In this document: positions 59,792-64,000 of the stretch, in pieces
How positions within the stretch are numbered: position 1 is the first letter of the stretch
How the letters are laid out: each line of letters begins with the position of its first letter
Source of the DNA: Azonexus sp.
GTDB taxonomy: Bacteria > Pseudomonadota > Gammaproteobacteria > Burkholderiales > Rhodocyclaceae
Direction: 5' to 3'
Length of the DNA: 64,000 nucleotides
NCBI GenBank assembly: GCA_034376845.1
Contig: JAXMJE010000124.1
Location: 14,309-78,308 of the forward strand
Translations under genes and position numbers: made by a program
The notes under the pieces: generated by a model
Databases searched by the model: none
What the model was told of the DNA's origin: nothing
What the model saw: only the letters and a program-made list of their open reading frames with translations

Positions 59792-61150
59792 ATGCGACTA
59801 CAACAACTTATCCCTTTTTTAGTGGCCCCCTGGCTGTTGACCGCAGCGCACGCCAATCCTTACGAAATGACCTTGAAAAATGGCATGCGTATCATCGTCA
59901 AGGAGGATCGGCGGGCGCCGACGGCGGTGCAGATGGTCTGGTATCGCGTCGGTAGCATGGATGAGGTCGATGGCGAATCGGGCGTCGCCCATGTGCTTGA
60001 ACACATGATGTTCAAAGGCACGCCAAATGTCGGCCCGGGCGAGTTCAACAAGCGCGTGGCGGCGGCAGGTGGGCGTGACAATGCCTTCACCAGTCGCGAT
60101 TACACCGCCTATTTTCAGCAGGTGCCGAAAGAGAAGCTGGAAGATGTGATGCAGCTTGAAGCCGATCGGATGCGGCATTTAAATGTCGATGCCAAGGAGT
60201 TCGAGCAGGAAATCAAGGTGGTGATGGAAGAGCGCCGGATGCGCACCGACGACAATCCGGAGTCCAAACTTTTCGAGCAGATGAATGCGGTTGCCTTCCA
60301 GGCGCACCCGTACCGTCGGCCGATTATTGGCTGGATGAATGACCTCGAAACCATGACGGTGGACGATGCCAAAGTCTGGTACGACACCTGGTATGTGCCG
60401 AACAACGCCTACGCGGTGATTACCGGCGATGTCGATCACCAGGCGGTTTTCGCGCTGGCGGAAAAATATTACGGCCCACTGGAAGGGCGAGCGCTGCCGC
60501 TGCGCAAGGTACAGGCCGAGCCGGTGCAGGAGGGGCTGCGCCAGCTTAGTGTCAAGGCGCCGGCCGAGTTGCCGGTACTGATCATGGGCTACAAGGCGCC
60601 GGTGCTGCGCGATGTTGATAAGGACAGCGAGCCTTACGCGCTCGAGATGCTGACGTCCATTCTCGATGGCCATGATGCCGCCCGCTTCAACAAAAAGCTG
60701 GTGCGCGAAGACAAGGTGGCGCTATCGGTGGGTATCGGTTATGACGCGACCGGACGCGGTCCGGGCATGATTCACCTCGCCGGCACGCCCTCCGAAGGCA
60801 AGACGGTGGCTGATCTGGAAGCGGCGCTGCGCGCCGAAATTGCTCGCGTTCAGAAAGATGGCGTTAGCGAGCAGGAGTTGAAGCGGGCCAAGGCGCAACT
60901 GGTTGCCGCTCAGGTTTACAAGCTGGATTCGATGTTCGGCCAGGCAATGGAAATCGGTCAGAACGAATCAGCCGGCATTCCCTATCAAAAGATTGAGCGC
61001 ATGCTGGAGAAATTGCAGCAAGTGACCGCCGCTGAAGTCCAGGCCGTCGCGCAAAAATATTTCACCGATGATCGCTTGACCATTGGCGTGCTCGACCCGC
61101 AACCGCTAGATGCCAAAGCCCGGCGCCCAGGCGTTGCCACGCGCCATTAA
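59792..61150 (+). CDS. M16 family zinc peptidase, catalytic subunit
   Basis: AHVLEHMMFKGT (HXXEH), NAFTS, EERRMR. Confidence 0.93.
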   Translation: MRLQQLIPFLVAPWLLTAAHANPYEMTLKNGMRIIVKEDRRAPTAVQMVWYRVGSMDEVDGESGVAHVLEHMMFKGTPNVGPGEFNKRVAAAGGRDNAFTSRDYTAYFQQVPKEKLEDVMQLEADRMRHLNVDAKEFEQEIKVVMEERRMRTDDNPESKLFEQMNAVAFQAHPYRRPIIGWMNDLETMTVDDAKVWYDTWYVPNNAYAVITGDVDHQAVFALAEKYYGPLEGRALPLRKVQAEPVQEGLRQLSVKAPAELPVLIMGYKAPVLRDVDKDSEPYALEMLTSILDGHDAARFNKKLVREDKVALSVGIGYDATGRGPGMIHLAGTPSEGKTVADLEAALRAEIARVQKDGVSEQELKRAKAQLVAAQVYKLDSMFGQAMEIGQNESAGIPYQKIERMLEKLQQVTAAEVQAVAQKYFTDDRLTIGVLDPQPLDAKARRPGVATRH

Positions 61151-61206
61151 TCACGATGAAACTCATGCCACAACACCAGTCGCGCACACTAAAAGCGGGC
61201 ACAAAA

Positions 61207-62498
61207 ATGACCCTGAAAACACTGTTGACCGCAGCGCTCACGCTGCTCCTTACCCAAACTGCGCTGGCCGGCGTCAAGATTGAACATTGGGTCTCGCCGA
61301 CCGGCACCCGCGTCTATTTTGTCGAAAGCCGGGTCTTGCCAATGCTCGATGTGCAGGTTGATTTTGCCGCTGGCTCGATGTTCGATCCGGCCGGCAAATC
61401 CAGCCTCGCCGCATTGACGCGCAGCACGCTCGATCTTGGTGCGGGCCGGCGCGATGAAACAGCGATCGCCGAAGAGCTGGCCGATATCGGCGCCAGGCTG
61501 GGCGGTGGCGCCGATACCGATCGGGCCAGTGTTGCTTTGCGTACGTTGTCGACCCAAGACAAGCGTGAGCCGGCGCTGGATATCTTGCGCGCTGTGCTGC
61601 ATCAGCCACATTTTGACGCGGCCATTCTCGAGCGTGAAAAAGCGCGCACCATCGCCGGCTTGAAAGACGCAATGACCCGCCCGGACAGCATTGCCGGCAA
61701 GGCCTTCTGGCGCGCCATGTATCCGAACCACCCCTACGGCCAACAGGCGACGCCGGAGAGCGTGGCGACACTGAGCCGCGACGATCTGGCTGGCTTTTAC
61801 GCCCGCTATTACAACGCCACCAATGCCAGTATCACGCTGGTCGGTGATATTTCGCGCGCCGAGGCGGAGAGCATTGCCGAGGCGATTGCGCTCGGTTTGC
61901 CCAAGGGGGTTGCGGCCAGCTTGCCCGTGCCGCCAGTGGCGCCGAAAGGCAGCCTCACCCAATTGCCGCATCCGGCCAGTCAGGCGCACGTCTACATTGG
62001 TTTGCCGGCGATTGAACGCGGCCATGCCGACTACTTCCCTTTGCTGGTTGGCAACTACACGCTGGGCGGTGGCGGCTTTGTCTCGCGCCTGATGAAGGAA
62101 GTGCGCGACAAGCGCGGCTATGCCTACAGTGTCTATAGTTATTTCGCCCCGCTCAAGCAGAGCGGCCCGTTCCAGATCGGCCTGCAAACCAAGCGCTCGC
62201 AAGCCAATGATGCCATCAAGGTGGCGCGACAGGTGCTTGATGATTTCGTCACGGATGGCCCAAGTGAAGAAGAGCTGACGGCGGCCAAAGCCAACCTCAC
62301 CGGCAGCTTCCCGCTTCGCCTCGACAGCAATAAAAAGCTGCTCGACAACACGGCGGCGATTGGCTTTTACGGCTTGCCGCTCGATTATCTGGATCAATAC
62401 CAGGCGAACATTCAGGCGGTCACGGTCGACGCGATAAAGCAGGCTTTTTCGCGCCATGTTCGCCCGGCTGATCTGATTACCGTGACGGTGGCCGCAGA

Positions 62499-62502
<4 letters not shown>
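61207..62502 (+). CDS. M16 family peptidase, non-catalytic partner subunit
   Basis: No HXXEH; SRLMKEVRDKRGYAY motif; start could be 61156. Confidence 0.9.
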
Positions 62503-63809
<1,307 letters not shown>

Positions 63810-63821
63810 TTTTTTCGTCAG

Positions 63822-63863
63822 CCCAACAAAAAGCCCGCGAATTTCGCGGGCTTTTTGTTGGGG
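63822..63863. terminator. Bidirectional intrinsic terminator
   Basis: CCCAACAAAAAGCCCGCGAA/TTCGCGGGCTTTTTGTTGGG long inverted repeat. Confidence 0.9.
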
Positions 63864-63896
63864 CTTTTATCCTGTTAATCTCGGTTGAAGGCAGAG

Positions 63897-64000
63897 CTAC
63901 CGCCGCGCCTTGCGTTGAAGCCCTTGGTTTTTCGGCTTGTCCGGCTTGGGTTTATCTGAAAAAAGCTTGTTCTGCTCGGCATTGGATTTCGGATTTTCTG
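63897..64000 (-). CDS. C-terminal end of a gene entering from the right (unidentified)
   Basis: Open frame ...ENPKSNAEQNKLFSDKPKPDKPKNQGLQRKARR-TAG converging on the terminator. Confidence 0.4.
   Translation of the reverse strand, partial: ENPKSNAEQNKLFSDKPKPDKPKNQGLQRKARR

Overview
This is a 64 kb, GC-rich betaproteobacterial chromosome segment. Gene content and order suggest Rhodocyclales, Dechloromonas/Azonexus-like (inference, no search run). Most of it is housekeeping: dusB-fis-purH, xth, prlC, purC, fbp and tkt-gap-epd-pgk-pyk-fba, rsmE-pap-argA, ribB-ribH-nusB-thiL-pgpA, TPR-lolB-ispE-tRNA-Gln-prs-rplY-pth-ychF, mutM, ftsY-ftsE-ftsX, an M16 peptidase pair and rsmD-coaD-ferredoxin. The most striking signal is a family of 7-nt-periodic inverted-repeat elements in the spacers of housekeeping operons. 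In mRNA sense they read: upstream TAG stop, (NNNNNAG)n, loop, (CTNNNNN)n, CTA-A2-4-ATG. One copy (pgk/pyk) carries a four-helix-bundle (23S-IVS/Avd-like) gene in its loop. Three are empty (fis/purH, prs/rplY, ftsY/ftsE), and one is expanded into a 36-unit block array after fba. Other accessory items are a decayed tyrosine-integrase island inserted in the 3' end of argA carrying higB-higA-higA, a HARE-HTH/GIY-YIG nuclease beside an orphan MNT, an AAA ATPase with a 10-bp-phased dyad upstream, a probable CTG start for menA, and an apparent His->Arg change in the PurH catalytic motif. All calls come from reading the sequence and recalled family motifs.
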